A stretch of DNA of 59,968 bases, filler included, from Stramenopiles sp. TOSAG23-2 (lineage: Eukaryota): the NCBI GenBank assembly GCA_900128395.1. It is 6 parts of 6 records of this genome, joined end to end, with 100 filler letters (N's around TTAATTAATTAA, not from the genome) between each part and the next. Parts side by side here need not be neighbours in the genome. Positions count along the whole stretch, not along the records: positions 30,081 to 40,000 come from LT650062.1; positions 40,101 to 50,013 come from LT650063.1; 4 more parts are not named here. One strand, 5' to 3'. Of this stretch, positions 31,863 through 43,300 are shown one piece after another. The notes under the pieces were generated by a model. That model did not search any database, was not told the DNA's origin, and saw only the letters and a list, made by a program, of their open reading frames with translations. The position numbers and the translations under genes are program-made. The stretch's first letter is position 1; every line of letters starts with the position of its first letter.

Positions 31863-32273
31863 ATGAATCTAAGTTATGTATTTATTTTACTTCCTTGCAT
31901 AATTTTTTTTGTTCAAGCAGATGAATATGTAGAATATGAAGAACCATCATCACCAACAGTAAATTCAAATAAACCTTCGGCATTTGTTTTTGCGGATATT
32001 CTTGTTTATGACAGTAAAAGTGATTGCACCACTGGTGAGAGTAATATTGGAGGGTGCATCAATTTAGAAGAGACAAATGAGCAGTACTTGTGTGACTTTG
32101 CAACCAATGATGTTTATATTGCTCTTTGCAAAAACAAGGATTGTACAAATTGCGAGGATCCTATGCCTGATTATTATGGATATATTAATGGCCAATGCCA
32201 AAGTAATGGCTTCTTAAAAGCGAAATGTACAGACACCCCATGGGAGAACAAGAATCGGAAGGAGGATCTATAG
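31863..32273 (+). CDS. Small Cys-rich secretory-pathway protein ending in KEDL
   Basis: 136 aa; signal peptide MNLSYVFILLPCIIFFVQA; 8 Cys in the mature part; KDEL-like C-terminus. Confidence 0.7.
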   Translation: MNLSYVFILLPCIIFFVQADEYVEYEEPSSPTVNSNKPSAFVFADILVYDSKSDCTTGESNIGGCINLEETNEQYLCDFATNDVYIALCKNKDCTNCEDPMPDYYGYINGQCQSNGFLKAKCTDTPWENKNRKEDL

Positions 32274-32608
32274 GAATATGATGGGGGGGGAGGTGTGATG
32301 TGCATGTGTAATTATGTACGTTTATATAGTTAAAACAAAAATCAAAAATGTTGTCTTTATATCTCTCTATAATATACGAAGAGTACGTATGATACGTACG
32401 AGAAAAAGTTTTTTTTTTATATGCACATATGATACGAAAAATATTCTCTCCTACTATCGTATCATATCATCATATATAATATTTGATATCTCTTTTTTAC
32501 CATCTTGTCATATCTACAATTTCTTTTCGTAAAGCTTCTCTCATATATAAACTTCTTCACGAACATCTTCTTCGTCATAAAATATATATACATCCCCCTC
32601 TAGATTTT

Positions 32609-35308
32609 TTAAAAAGGAGCTTTTGTAAAAAATATAGCAAATCTTGGTAGATTTGGGGCAATTCGCATTAACGTCCTTTCTTGCAATCGTTCACCAACTT
32701 CATTAATTGCCATTAGTAAATTATTCATCTTCCCACGCACGGTAGAACGTACATTTGCTTCGAAAAATCTTGCTAACTCTTGTCTCAAGACATAAACCGC
32801 TGATGGATATAACATGAAGGCAGAAGTTACTGGAGTAGTCCCTGAATCTGCATCATCTCGAACACCTGCGACAACTAGTGGAACGTGATCTGGGCATTCG
32901 TTTTCCAACGTATACATGCTGACAACAGCACTTTCCTCGTGATAACCTTGGACAACATGGTAAGTCAATTTATTTGATAGTGCATTATTCGGCTTAAGTA
33001 ACAATTCAAAGAATACCGTAATGGCATATTCCGTTAAATCGGATCTGCAGCCATACTCCGCTGGATACGATAGTAAATTGTGCAAGTGTTGACTACCAAC
33101 ATGTTCCGGCACAGCTGCCATTTTAATTATGATTTTAATATCCTCTGCATCTAAATTTTTCAATTTATCAGGTGATAAAAAGTTTGGTACGCCGACAGCT
33201 TTTTCAAATGCTGCCATAGCTTGCGCATCGGTTTGCATGAAAAACTTCCTGCGCTTCTCACCATATGCTTTCAAAAACCCCTGGAACAAACCTCGTACAT
33301 TTGATAAAGACAATAAACGAGTTCCTTTATGTCGTGTTTTCTCTAATGCACACATTGCACCAATAAATTCCCCCATATCTCCACCAGGTGTAGTCATGGC
33401 TGCAAATGTATACCGACCATCTATATCAGCAAAAAAATGCTCATCTGGGTTGACATATGGCAATCTTGATGGGGCATATAATTGCGCTTGGACAAATCTA
33501 TTATCTGCGTGAACATCCCATACACCGGTGTATCGTCCAACATGTTGGGCAACATCTTTTGGTGTGATTCCATCAACAATAGAATCTTCGCGTTTCACCG
33601 TGATGAACGAGACGGGGCATACTGGATTAGCAGTAGGATAAGGATCGTATTCTTGAAATGAGCGTGGTTCAAACCGTGTACGTCCAAGGTTTGAATTTTT
33701 GGAGGCTAAATCACTCATTGAGGTGATCATTTTATTACTATTTGAAGTGGACATCCCAGCAATTTTCGTAGGCATATCACCAACATGTTGACCAGAAGGT
33801 GCTTCAACAACTCTTGCAGCTTGCTTTGGCAAAGCAATTTTTTCTTTTACCCCAATCCCTTCACCTTGATCGCCATCTAAAACAACAGCTGCTTTACTAC
33901 GAACTTCACTTGGATGCAAATCATTATCAGTTGGCTCCGTTGGAGGCATTGCTACAAGTGGTGGAGGTACACGATTTGTTAAAGTTAAATTATTACCACG
34001 TGCAAAATATGGCTTTGGCATAAAGCCCGTTTTCCTCTCTGTTAAATCAACTTTTGTTAACTGTTCCGGTTTTGAAAAATTATGATGATATGCTGATTTG
34101 TATTTTTTCACACTTGTTTCACGTTTAGTATCATATGCTACTGGACATTGCAACTTCATTGCATTTTCTGTGACACAAAGCTTATGACAGCAAAACATAG
34201 GCAAACGTTTATTTGAAGAATCAGCTGCACAATCAGCACCGTCCTCCTTATTTTCACACGAATCCCAATTTTGTCGATCTGCCCAATATTTCTTCGTTTC
34301 TGAAAAAAACTTTTCTGCATCATCAGGCTCAGGAGAAAATGCCCATTCTTTTTGTTTCGATGGTGTATCAGAACATTTCAATTCATATTGTCGTTCACTG
34401 AAGCATTCATTTGCATCGCCGGTCTCTTCTCCTTTGGAACAACAAAAACTACGTGACGTTGTATTTTCACTTGGTTTATTTGTATCACAGCTTACCCCAT
34501 CTTTTGCAGTTATAGGGCATAGTCTAGGACACATAAAACTAAATGTACGTGGACTAACACAACGTTGACGACAACATACTGAAAAAGGTGATGCGCCACA
34601 TACTGCACCATCAACTTGATTAATGCAAATAGTGCCTAAATAAAATGGCACATTTTGATATTCTTTGACTTTGTCTAAATCTCCAGCGGATGATAAACCT
34701 CCTTCGTCACCTTGTCCTCCTGTAGCACTCGAGGAAGGGTCTTTTTCTTCCTCGTTTTTCTGTTCTTTAAAACGAAAATTTTGTTGTTGTTGTTGTTTAT
34801 GTACAGTTTTTAGAAAAATATTTGGACGATGGGAATTAAAACGACTGTTTCCTGCATTTATTTGTTGTTGCTGTGCTTCATTTTCATCTTCGCATACAAG
34901 ATTTCTTAACGTTAACGCATTATGTTTGTTTTTAAAATGGAAAAAATTACTAGCATCCTTGTGTTTATTAACAGCAACTAATAGTTTCTGTAATTTTGGT
35001 TTATTATTTAAATGTTTAACTGATTTTAGTGCAGAGAAAATGGTTTTGGTAATGTCATCTGCTTTCTTCGTATTCAATTCTACTTTTAGTAATGAATCCG
35101 CTTGTGCACATACAAATCGAAACAAAATTTCACTAGATGGTTCTAATAACGTATTATGTCCCCAACGTTTCTCTACTTGCATTTTACTACGGTGACTTCT
35201 TTTATTACTATCAATACTATATGTTGTTTTAATTATAATACACTGTATGAATATTGTATATATGATATACACAAACCATGATGAGGTATTGTTACATCTA
35301 TGTTTCAT
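32609..35308 (-). CDS. Secreted 899-aa protein: three Cys-rich repeats + C-terminal carbonic-anhydrase-like (beta/zeta-type motif) domain lacking metal ligands
   Basis: Hydrophobic leader. Repeats C-x4/5-DG-x2-C…CC…C-x9-C. Domain motifs DIDGR, TPGGDMGEF, FMQTD, HVGSQH and QGYHEESAVV. The ORF is secure; the domain call is by motif recall. Confidence 0.6.
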   Translation of the reverse strand: MKHRCNNTSSWFVYIIYTIFIQCIIIKTTYSIDSNKRSHRSKMQVEKRWGHNTLLEPSSEILFRFVCAQADSLLKVELNTKKADDITKTIFSALKSVKHLNNKPKLQKLLVAVNKHKDASNFFHFKNKHNALTLRNLVCEDENEAQQQQINAGNSRFNSHRPNIFLKTVHKQQQQQNFRFKEQKNEEEKDPSSSATGGQGDEGGLSSAGDLDKVKEYQNVPFYLGTICINQVDGAVCGASPFSVCCRQRCVSPRTFSFMCPRLCPITAKDGVSCDTNKPSENTTSRSFCCSKGEETGDANECFSERQYELKCSDTPSKQKEWAFSPEPDDAEKFFSETKKYWADRQNWDSCENKEDGADCAADSSNKRLPMFCCHKLCVTENAMKLQCPVAYDTKRETSVKKYKSAYHHNFSKPEQLTKVDLTERKTGFMPKPYFARGNNLTLTNRVPPPLVAMPPTEPTDNDLHPSEVRSKAAVVLDGDQGEGIGVKEKIALPKQAARVVEAPSGQHVGDMPTKIAGMSTSNSNKMITSMSDLASKNSNLGRTRFEPRSFQEYDPYPTANPVCPVSFITVKREDSIVDGITPKDVAQHVGRYTGVWDVHADNRFVQAQLYAPSRLPYVNPDEHFFADIDGRYTFAAMTTPGGDMGEFIGAMCALEKTRHKGTRLLSLSNVRGLFQGFLKAYGEKRRKFFMQTDAQAMAAFEKAVGVPNFLSPDKLKNLDAEDIKIIIKMAAVPEHVGSQHLHNLLSYPAEYGCRSDLTEYAITVFFELLLKPNNALSNKLTYHVVQGYHEESAVVSMYTLENECPDHVPLVVAGVRDDADSGTTPVTSAFMLYPSAVYVLRQELARFFEANVRSTVRGKMNNLLMAINEVGERLQERTLMRIAPNLPRFAIFFTKAPF

Positions 35309-35999
35309 CGTTGTATGATAATTAAATTATTCTCTTGTTTCTATATATGTAATACTCTTAAGATATATATGTTCTTGTCTAAATATGTCTCATCATTTTG
35401 TATCTAGTCGTGTATATTTTGTATTTGATATATATCGCCCTCTCCTTTTCTTGATTCGGAATGCTTTTGTCGTCTTCTTCCTTCTTTTCATCATTCCGTT
35501 GTGTTATTTCACTGCTAAGGGTCAATAGCACGTACACAGCATTACAGAAATGGTCACGATAGAATATGTCATCGAGCAGGATCCGGATCATAGTGATATA
35601 GTGTATATATACATTTTCAAGATAGATCCACCTACCTCTGGGACCTCGAACTATTAAGTCGTGCTACCACTGAACACTGTCACCTATGTACATTTAATAG
35701 ACTAATTAGTATATACAGACGAACCATCTGGATGAAGGTATAATATGTACACATAATAAAGAGTGAAAAAAAGAAGGGGAGTTTGCCACATGGATGATAA
35801 TTAATAATAAGAAAGTATAAATATATACACATACATTAAATTAGAAATAGAAGACACATATTCAGATAGATAGGACATAATACACAGGCGAAGATATATA
35901 TATATAGAGGGAGAGATAAATAACAATCACAAATATATATATAAATATATATACATATACATACATACGCATAGCTATAATAGTATCAGTAGAGAAAAC

Positions 36000-38441
36000 A
36001 TGAATGCAATTATCAAACAAGTTGCTTTTATTTGTTTAATATTTGCTTCTTCTACCATTTTTTGTTTAGGTACAAATAGTAATTTACAACAATATAAAAA
36101 AAATTCACAACTGACTGATAACAATAATGCTAAAAATAGTCCATTGGAACCTCCAAGTGCAGAGGCTGAAGGAAATAAATTGTTATCAACCTCTGTAAAT
36201 GTTAAAATTCTTGGTTTCACATGCACTACTTTTGATGTGAAAGCAACAGATGCTTTGCGTAAAGCATTTATATCAGTTCTATCGTTAGAGAATGTAGGTA
36301 ACGTGGAAGCGGAGCTGGAGGGCTGTAAAGATAAAAATCCATTGAAAGCAGACCCGGCAGCAGCCGCAGCTATGGCACAACGCCGAAGACGCTTAAGTGG
36401 ATTCGTAGACGTTTTAATAGTTCAAGTAACTGTTAACGTCGGTGATGCTACCAAGTTATTAGCATCTAGGCAACTATTAGTAGGAATGACCACGTCGCCA
36501 GAAAAAATTACTGCTGCATTTAAAACAGCTTTAGTAGATGTTGGTGCCATAGTACCAGACGGCGTATCTATGTCAATTACCATGAGCGGCAAAGCTGCCA
36601 CTGACAAATTGGTAGAAGCAGCTAAAAAAGCATCTAGGTCTGCATGTGATTATCAAGATTGCCGCCAATGTACTAAAGATCCAAATTGTGGATGGTGCGA
36701 TATTAAAGGTATTTGCCAAGCGGGGGATGCGTTAGGACCTAAGCAAGGTTTAGTAGGCGAACCATGTTCTATGTGGAGTTATGATACGTGTGGTGGTTCC
36801 GCTTGCAATGGATTTAAAACTTGTGGAGATTGCATGGGTGATCCAGATTGTGGATGGTGTGAAGATTCATGCAGTTGCCAAGACAAACACCCTGGAGATC
36901 CGACTGCACCAGAATTTGGCGAGTGTCGCAAAGGATGGTTTCATAATGATGGATGGGCACGCAAGCAATGCCCAGCACCAGCAAGTTCTACGTGTTCTTT
37001 GAAAACTAGCATTTTGAATGGTTCGCCATCAACCGCAGCATGGGCGCCAACATTAGTGCCAAAAGGAAATAAAACAGACGTAGCTGCAGCGCTCCCACCT
37101 CCAAGTGCAATTAATGATGCTTCAGCAAAACCAAACGGTGGTTTAGACGTTAAATTATACCCTGCTGCATTTGTAATACAATCATCTATTACAGTTGTTG
37201 GGTATAAAATATCAACGTTTAATAATGCACAAAAAATTGCTTTTCGTACAGGAATGGCTGCTGAAATGGGAACCAGCTTAGCCGCAGTTGAAATCGATGG
37301 TATCTACCCAGGCAAAGTTCCAACTGATGATGAGTTGGATAATAAAGATGCCAAATTATTACGACGCCGTAGAAGATTACTTCAAGCTACTGGTGGCTCA
37401 GCGGTAGATAGTAGTAGTGGCCCAGCTGCTGCAGATGCTGATGATGGAAAGAGTAAAAAATGTGAAGATTGCGATGGCGAAGCAGTTGCAATTACATTTT
37501 CATTAGGAGCTCAAAGTGATCAAGAAAAGAAACGTTTGTTAAAGGCATTAGATTCCGCTATGAAAAATACCGGTGCACTTTTACAAACGTTGCATATGAG
37601 TGGATTAGTAAAAGCAGGTGTAATTTATTTCAACAATGATGATAGCAATGATGATGCGTCCGGACCAAGTGCAACTAATATATTTGGCGAACCTGATAAA
37701 CCTAAACCAAAAGCGCCTCCAAAACCAGAACCACCAAAGTTATGGGATTCCGATTCAAGTGGTGGTACAGGTGGAGCAGGTACAGGTGGAGCAGGTACAG
37801 GTGGCGCAACTGGTGCACCAGCTCCAGTGGCTACCCCTGCTACAGGTAAACCTAAAGCAAAGAAAAAATGCCCATTTAGTCAAAAGAATGTAAACTCACC
37901 ATGTTTTATTGGTAACGCATTAGTAAAAGAGAAAAGTAAATGTTTATCTAGTGGCGCAAGCCCGAAATGTATGGATAAAGCAAAAAAATATTGCGTTTTG
38001 ACCAAATTTTGCGGTTGTCGCGATCCTGGTTGCATCAAGTTTGGCTTAGCAAAGGCAGAAAAATGTAACGTACCAAAATGTCCATTTAGTAAAAGAAACC
38101 CGAAATCACCATGTTATGAAGGCGATTGTACATTACCAAAAAAAGATAAATTTAGAAAAGCTGCACCATGTCGCTTATTAGGAGCAAATCGTGCATGTAT
38201 GGCGAAAGCAAAAATATATTGCAAAACCAAAAATGGTTGCTCTGATGAGGCATGTCAGAAATTTAAATTGACTAGCCAAAAGTGTAAAACTGTTTGGGCT
38301 GTAAATACTGCATTTGCTGTAACAGATGAAGATAAAGCCGCGGCTGCGTCTGGACCACCACCTCCACCAGCGGCTGGATTAATACAAGTTGATGAAAATA
38401 TTAGAAGAGAGCACGTGAGTTGGGAAAATAAATTCAATTAA
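36000..38441 (+). CDS. Secreted 813-aa protein: two SEA-like domains with RRRRL(S/L) motifs, two PSI (plexin) repeats, Gly/Thr/Pro linker, two C-terminal Cys-rich repeats
   Basis: Signal peptide. QRRRRLS and RRRRRLLQ. PSI-like CDYQDCRQCTKDPNCGWC and CNGFKTCGDCMGDPDCGWC. Repeats CPFS.KN..SPC…CM.KAK.YC….GC.D..C occur twice. Confidence 0.75.
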   Translation: MNAIIKQVAFICLIFASSTIFCLGTNSNLQQYKKNSQLTDNNNAKNSPLEPPSAEAEGNKLLSTSVNVKILGFTCTTFDVKATDALRKAFISVLSLENVGNVEAELEGCKDKNPLKADPAAAAAMAQRRRRLSGFVDVLIVQVTVNVGDATKLLASRQLLVGMTTSPEKITAAFKTALVDVGAIVPDGVSMSITMSGKAATDKLVEAAKKASRSACDYQDCRQCTKDPNCGWCDIKGICQAGDALGPKQGLVGEPCSMWSYDTCGGSACNGFKTCGDCMGDPDCGWCEDSCSCQDKHPGDPTAPEFGECRKGWFHNDGWARKQCPAPASSTCSLKTSILNGSPSTAAWAPTLVPKGNKTDVAAALPPPSAINDASAKPNGGLDVKLYPAAFVIQSSITVVGYKISTFNNAQKIAFRTGMAAEMGTSLAAVEIDGIYPGKVPTDDELDNKDAKLLRRRRRLLQATGGSAVDSSSGPAAADADDGKSKKCEDCDGEAVAITFSLGAQSDQEKKRLLKALDSAMKNTGALLQTLHMSGLVKAGVIYFNNDDSNDDASGPSATNIFGEPDKPKPKAPPKPEPPKLWDSDSSGGTGGAGTGGAGTGGATGAPAPVATPATGKPKAKKKCPFSQKNVNSPCFIGNALVKEKSKCLSSGASPKCMDKAKKYCVLTKFCGCRDPGCIKFGLAKAEKCNVPKCPFSKRNPKSPCYEGDCTLPKKDKFRKAAPCRLLGANRACMAKAKIYCKTKNGCSDEACQKFKLTSQKCKTVWAVNTAFAVTDEDKAAAASGPPPPPAAGLIQVDENIRREHVSWENKFN

Positions 38442-38683
38442 AAAAATATCATACTTTATACGTGCGTAGTATTTTATTTTTTTGACGCGCACTCTTGTTG
38501 TGCATTATCATTTAAAACATGTTGTGTGCCGTACCCAATCTTTAAGCTTTCTTTTTGTACAACCCGCATTTTGTTTTTTTTTGAACTCACACACACACAA
38601 TTCTTTTTTCTTCTTTTACCACAGTTTTCGTATTTTTTCTATGACAATTTTTATGATATGTTAAATGCATATATCATAGTTGA

Positions 38684-39061
38684 TCAAGACATTTTCAAAG
38701 TATTTGGACCTCGTTCTAATTGTAGTTGTGGAAAACGTCGAAGGTGCATATTTCTGATATTTACATGTTGCTCCTGTTGACTTGGCTTTTTGTGATCATC
38801 TGGCATTTTATAACTGCGGAATATTTGTGCATTATTAAATTTTTCTTTATCTGTTTCTCCGTGGAAAAATTCTACCATGCCAATGTCTTTTGCCCATTGT
38901 TCTGGTTCTTTAAATTCATAAACTTCAGGTTCTATTTCCTTCTTTTTCTTTTTCTTCTTACCCTTTTTACCTTTGCCTTTTCCACTCGCATTAGATTTCG
39001 AGCTATCTGCAGTTGAAGGTTTTTTGCCTTTTTTCTTCTTTCCCTTGCCCTTCTTTCCCAT
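38684..39061 (-). CDS. Small Lys-rich hypothetical protein (MGKKGKGKKKKGKK…), 125 aa
   Basis: ATG at 39061 starts a protein-like G/K-rich N-terminus; the upstream part of the called ORF looks non-coding. Confidence 0.55.
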   Translation of the reverse strand: MGKKGKGKKKKGKKPSTADSSKSNASGKGKGKKGKKKKKKKEIEPEVYEFKEPEQWAKDIGMVEFFHGETDKEKFNNAQIFRSYKMPDDHKKPSQQEQHVNIRNMHLRRFPQLQLERGPNTLKMS

Positions 39062-40000
39062 GTTGATTCTTTTTTCCCACAGAACTTGTATTTTGTGTAT
39101 GTATACGTATAATGTATGTCTTGTGAGAATATTTCCAGTATACATTAATTTAAATAAAAAATGATAAGTGCAATTATTATTATTACAACGTCTTCTTGTT
39201 GTATGTTGCTCTTCTTGCCATACCAGCATGCCAGCATGGTATAGAGCTCGCTGGTATTGATTATAGGATTACTTGATCACCAGATTTAGATTACCAGATT
39301 ACAGATTTAGATTACACAAGTATTTATTATTATAGAGCTTATAGCCTTGCTAGCTTGGTTAGTTACTATTAGTCTAGTAGTAATTTCAGTAATATTAAAA
39401 TAGTAATAATACTAAAACACATGAAAACAAATCGAAAAAATGCAAAAGGCTGATGCGTACATACCTTAATTTAAATTTGTATGCTAGTCCAGGGAGAACT
39501 AGTCAATCATTGGCGCTTTAGCTTGTTATATTCCTTAAGGATACACAGTAATACATATACTATATTCGTACTCACCAATTTGTTTACTATATTACTATAT
39601 CCTATCATGATTTCTTCATCATGATTTCCTTATTATTTATACATCATATACAAGAGTTAATGAAAAGTCTAGATTATTATCCTCTAGCCGTGATTCATAA
39701 ACCACAGATATCTGTGGTTTTATAGCATAGACACATCACTAAAAAAGAAAAGAAATATTTTTGCAAGAAGGGAATAGTAAAGAAAACAGACCTTATATTT
39801 TCCGTAAATTAACTGTATATTTTTAACGTATTTAAGGAAAAGACCTACCTTTTTTCTCATGTAATGAAATATTATATAGGTATATTTTAGTACAATATAT
39901 ATATTCTAAATGGTTTAAATACCACTGGACCACATATAGAACATATGATGTCATCAAAAACCGTTAGAAACTTACAATAAACGTTGTAAAAACACCACAA

Positions 40001-40100
40001 NNNNNNNNNNNNNNNNNNNNNNNNNNNNNNNNNNNNNNNNNNNNTTAATTAATTAANNNNNNNNNNNNNNNNNNNNNNNNNNNNNNNNNNNNNNNNNNNN
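40001..40100. other. Artificial contig linker
   Basis: N44-TTAATTAATTAA-N44. Confidence 0.98.
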
Positions 40101-40344
40101 TTTGTTGAAATGTGTTTAATTTAACTTTTGTTTCTAGTGCAGGTTTCATTATATGCGGCATGTACATATATTCTATATCTCTATTTAATACTATAAAAAA
40201 ATAAATAAAAAAACCAACATGTTCAACTAAAAAAACACGAATTATAAAGAATCATATTTACATATCTTGACTGATTAAAACTTTTTAATACTTTTATAAC
40301 CGTCGATAAACGGTTACAACATTTCCGAAAACTCTGTTTTAACA

Positions 40345-43300
40345 ATGGATATACGAAACGAAGAGAAAAGTGATATCGATTCAATCGATGAAGCCAAATC
40401 AGATGAAGGGGGCAATGAAAATTATAGTGATTTGGAGGAGGAGGAAGAAAATGAATTGGATTTTTTTGCTTCCTCGGTTGATGGCGATAGCGACGACTCT
40501 AATGAACGGTTTTATGATGATTTTTCGTCGTCAGATGAAGATGATGAGGTGTCCAGTGACAATAATATTGATAAAAATCTTTCTGCTTATAAATATTCAT
40601 GGGGCGGAAGGCTCGAGCATCGCTCCAGGACACGATTTGCATGCATCTATCTAATAGTACATCGAATTTTTTGTTGCCGCAAATTGGAACTTGCTGGTAA
40701 TAATTTCCCTAGAATTGGCTCATACAACAGTAGAAAATATTCTAGGAGTGTATCAAAACCATGTTGTGCTTCTTTTACAACCTTGGTTAGTATTTTATTT
40801 ATCACGTTTATCCTTGCATTACTGTTTGGATACTCTACAAGCAACATTGGTCTTGATATTAGTATTGCATTGTCTTTATATTCATTTATGGCATTTGTAC
40901 TAATGTTATTAATACCCAATTTTCGCAAAAATTCAAGAGAAGCAAAATGGAAATTAATTTTAAGTTCGTTCATATTCGCGTTTGGGGTAATTCCTAGTTT
41001 AATGTGTTTTTTAAGCAACAATTTTTTTTCATTGCTTATTAAATGGATCAATCCAATGTATACTTTATTTACGTCCATCATTTGTCTTTTAGGAATAATG
41101 AGTGAAACATTAATTTGTGGATTTTTTATCCTGACATATTGCCTCTTAGGAGTTTTCCCACCATGGCTTGTTGTATATTATTTTAATGATACAGATGATC
41201 ACAAAATTAGGCGAACGGTTTCTATTTTTAGCTCTGTTTTTACCGTACTTACAAGTTCTTTCTATTATAGTGTATCTACATACATTAAACGTGCTCGTGA
41301 GAAGGATAAACAAAAATTAAAATTGATGATAGGATTTTTAATTTTCATACCAAGTTATTTTCTTATCACATCAATAATTTCTCGGGATATTTCAAGTACA
41401 AATTGGTCGATATTAAGTGAATATGAGGAAGTTTTTTTATTTTCATTTATTTTCTTCGCAATTTTACGTGTTGCATTTATTGATTTTTTAGCACGGCTGG
41501 AATATAAAAAGCCGTTAGATAAACGTTTTATAAAATATTTACGTTGGATTTACATATTGTTTTTTTCAAATTCCAGCAACATCTGTATTTTTGGTCATTG
41601 CAGGAATAATACCAGAAGATTATACAATGAATATGGCTTTGTCTATTGTAACATTAGGAGCATTGATCTTGTTTTGGTTGAGTGTCGGGCAATATAAAGT
41701 GAATGGTATTAAGACGGATTTTCTAAATGACGACAATCCTCCTCTACGCGCGAGTACAAAGATAATATTAGCAAGAAAAGAAACAATTTTCTACGCGTTG
41801 CTTGTTATATGTCCTTTAGTATATGTATGGCATGTAAATGATCTGATAGAAGCGATAGGGGTATTTATTTTTCCTGTTTTCTTCTTATTTTTGGTTTTCA
41901 ATTTATGGTTATTTAATTTTTATTTAAAATTATTACCATCATTAGAACCACATATAAAAATCGTGGAACGGCTTGAAGCTGCAAAAAGAAAGTATAGTGC
42001 ATCAAATGCTAAATTTAATAGTGTAAAAGCAACGCAAAATATTTCTACCAATTTTAAGAAAATTATGGACGATGTCGTTGAACATATTTTTACCCATACA
42101 GCTAATTTAGTTGAAGAAATGACATTATATCGCAAAGAATTGAAAACATCTTTAAATGAAATCAAAAAGGCAAAACTACAATTTATTAAAGTCGAGGAAG
42201 GAATAAACAAATTAAAAGCTGAGAATGAGGAGCTAATCAATGAAATTAATTCTATCGATATCGATTTTACTTTAAATCAAATTGATACTGAAAAAATAAA
42301 GAAAAATGCAAAGATAATAAATCCGCGTAAACTGTATACATTAGCATCCTTCACAAAAAGTACGTCAAAGCTTAGTAGATTAATGAAGGAGCGTAGAGAC
42401 ATATATTTTACATTTCAAAAAAATCATGCTAGGAAAGCTATTTGTGGTGAATATATTGATTTACTTGTAATAGAAACGCAATTGCTTAGTCAATTATACC
42501 TTAGCATTGATCATGAAATTGGTTTACAATATTCAACAAAAAATCAAGTAAAAACTAGTTTTATCAATGTAAAAGTAGCTTTGACAAAATGGGTAGAGTC
42601 CTTATCCAAGTCACGCGCTGATATAATTGTGCGTATAACACAAATAATGAAACCTGCACTAGAAACAAAAGTTAAATTAAACACATTTCAACAAAAGTTT
42701 TCCAGTATTTATATGGATATTTACAAAACGAAATTTCGTAATAATAACAACAACAATAATAATAATAATAATATGAAACAGAATCAAATGGTAAACGACA
42801 TTCGTAACGATGCGTATGTTGCGGACAATAATTCAGGAATATTAAAGAAGCGACTTCAACAAACTATAGAAGATTGTAAGAAAATCGAAGAATATATTTA
42901 CATGAAAACCAACGACTTGGATAATTTACCGAACATTGTTGCTTTACCTGAAACCCTTCTGGCTGAAAATGCCATGAAAGAATCATTAAATGAATTGTTT
43001 GATTGTATGGATACATATTTCAACTTCCCACACGATCCACTTGAGCATGAACAGCTTGACGATATATTGCTTAAACTTTCGATTGCCAATCATTCTTTTC
43101 TCGCCTCTCAAAAATATGTGAAAGAAAACTTTTTAAAAGTGAAATCAAATTATATTTCTGCTTTTGATTTTAAAAATTTAAATACAATTGGTATATATAT
43201 GTCAACAATTGAATCTCAAATAGCACTAGCAAAATTTAACGCAGGACAAGGTTTAGAAATGATTAGTCATGCTGGAAAAAGCGAAAAGAAATTTAATGCT

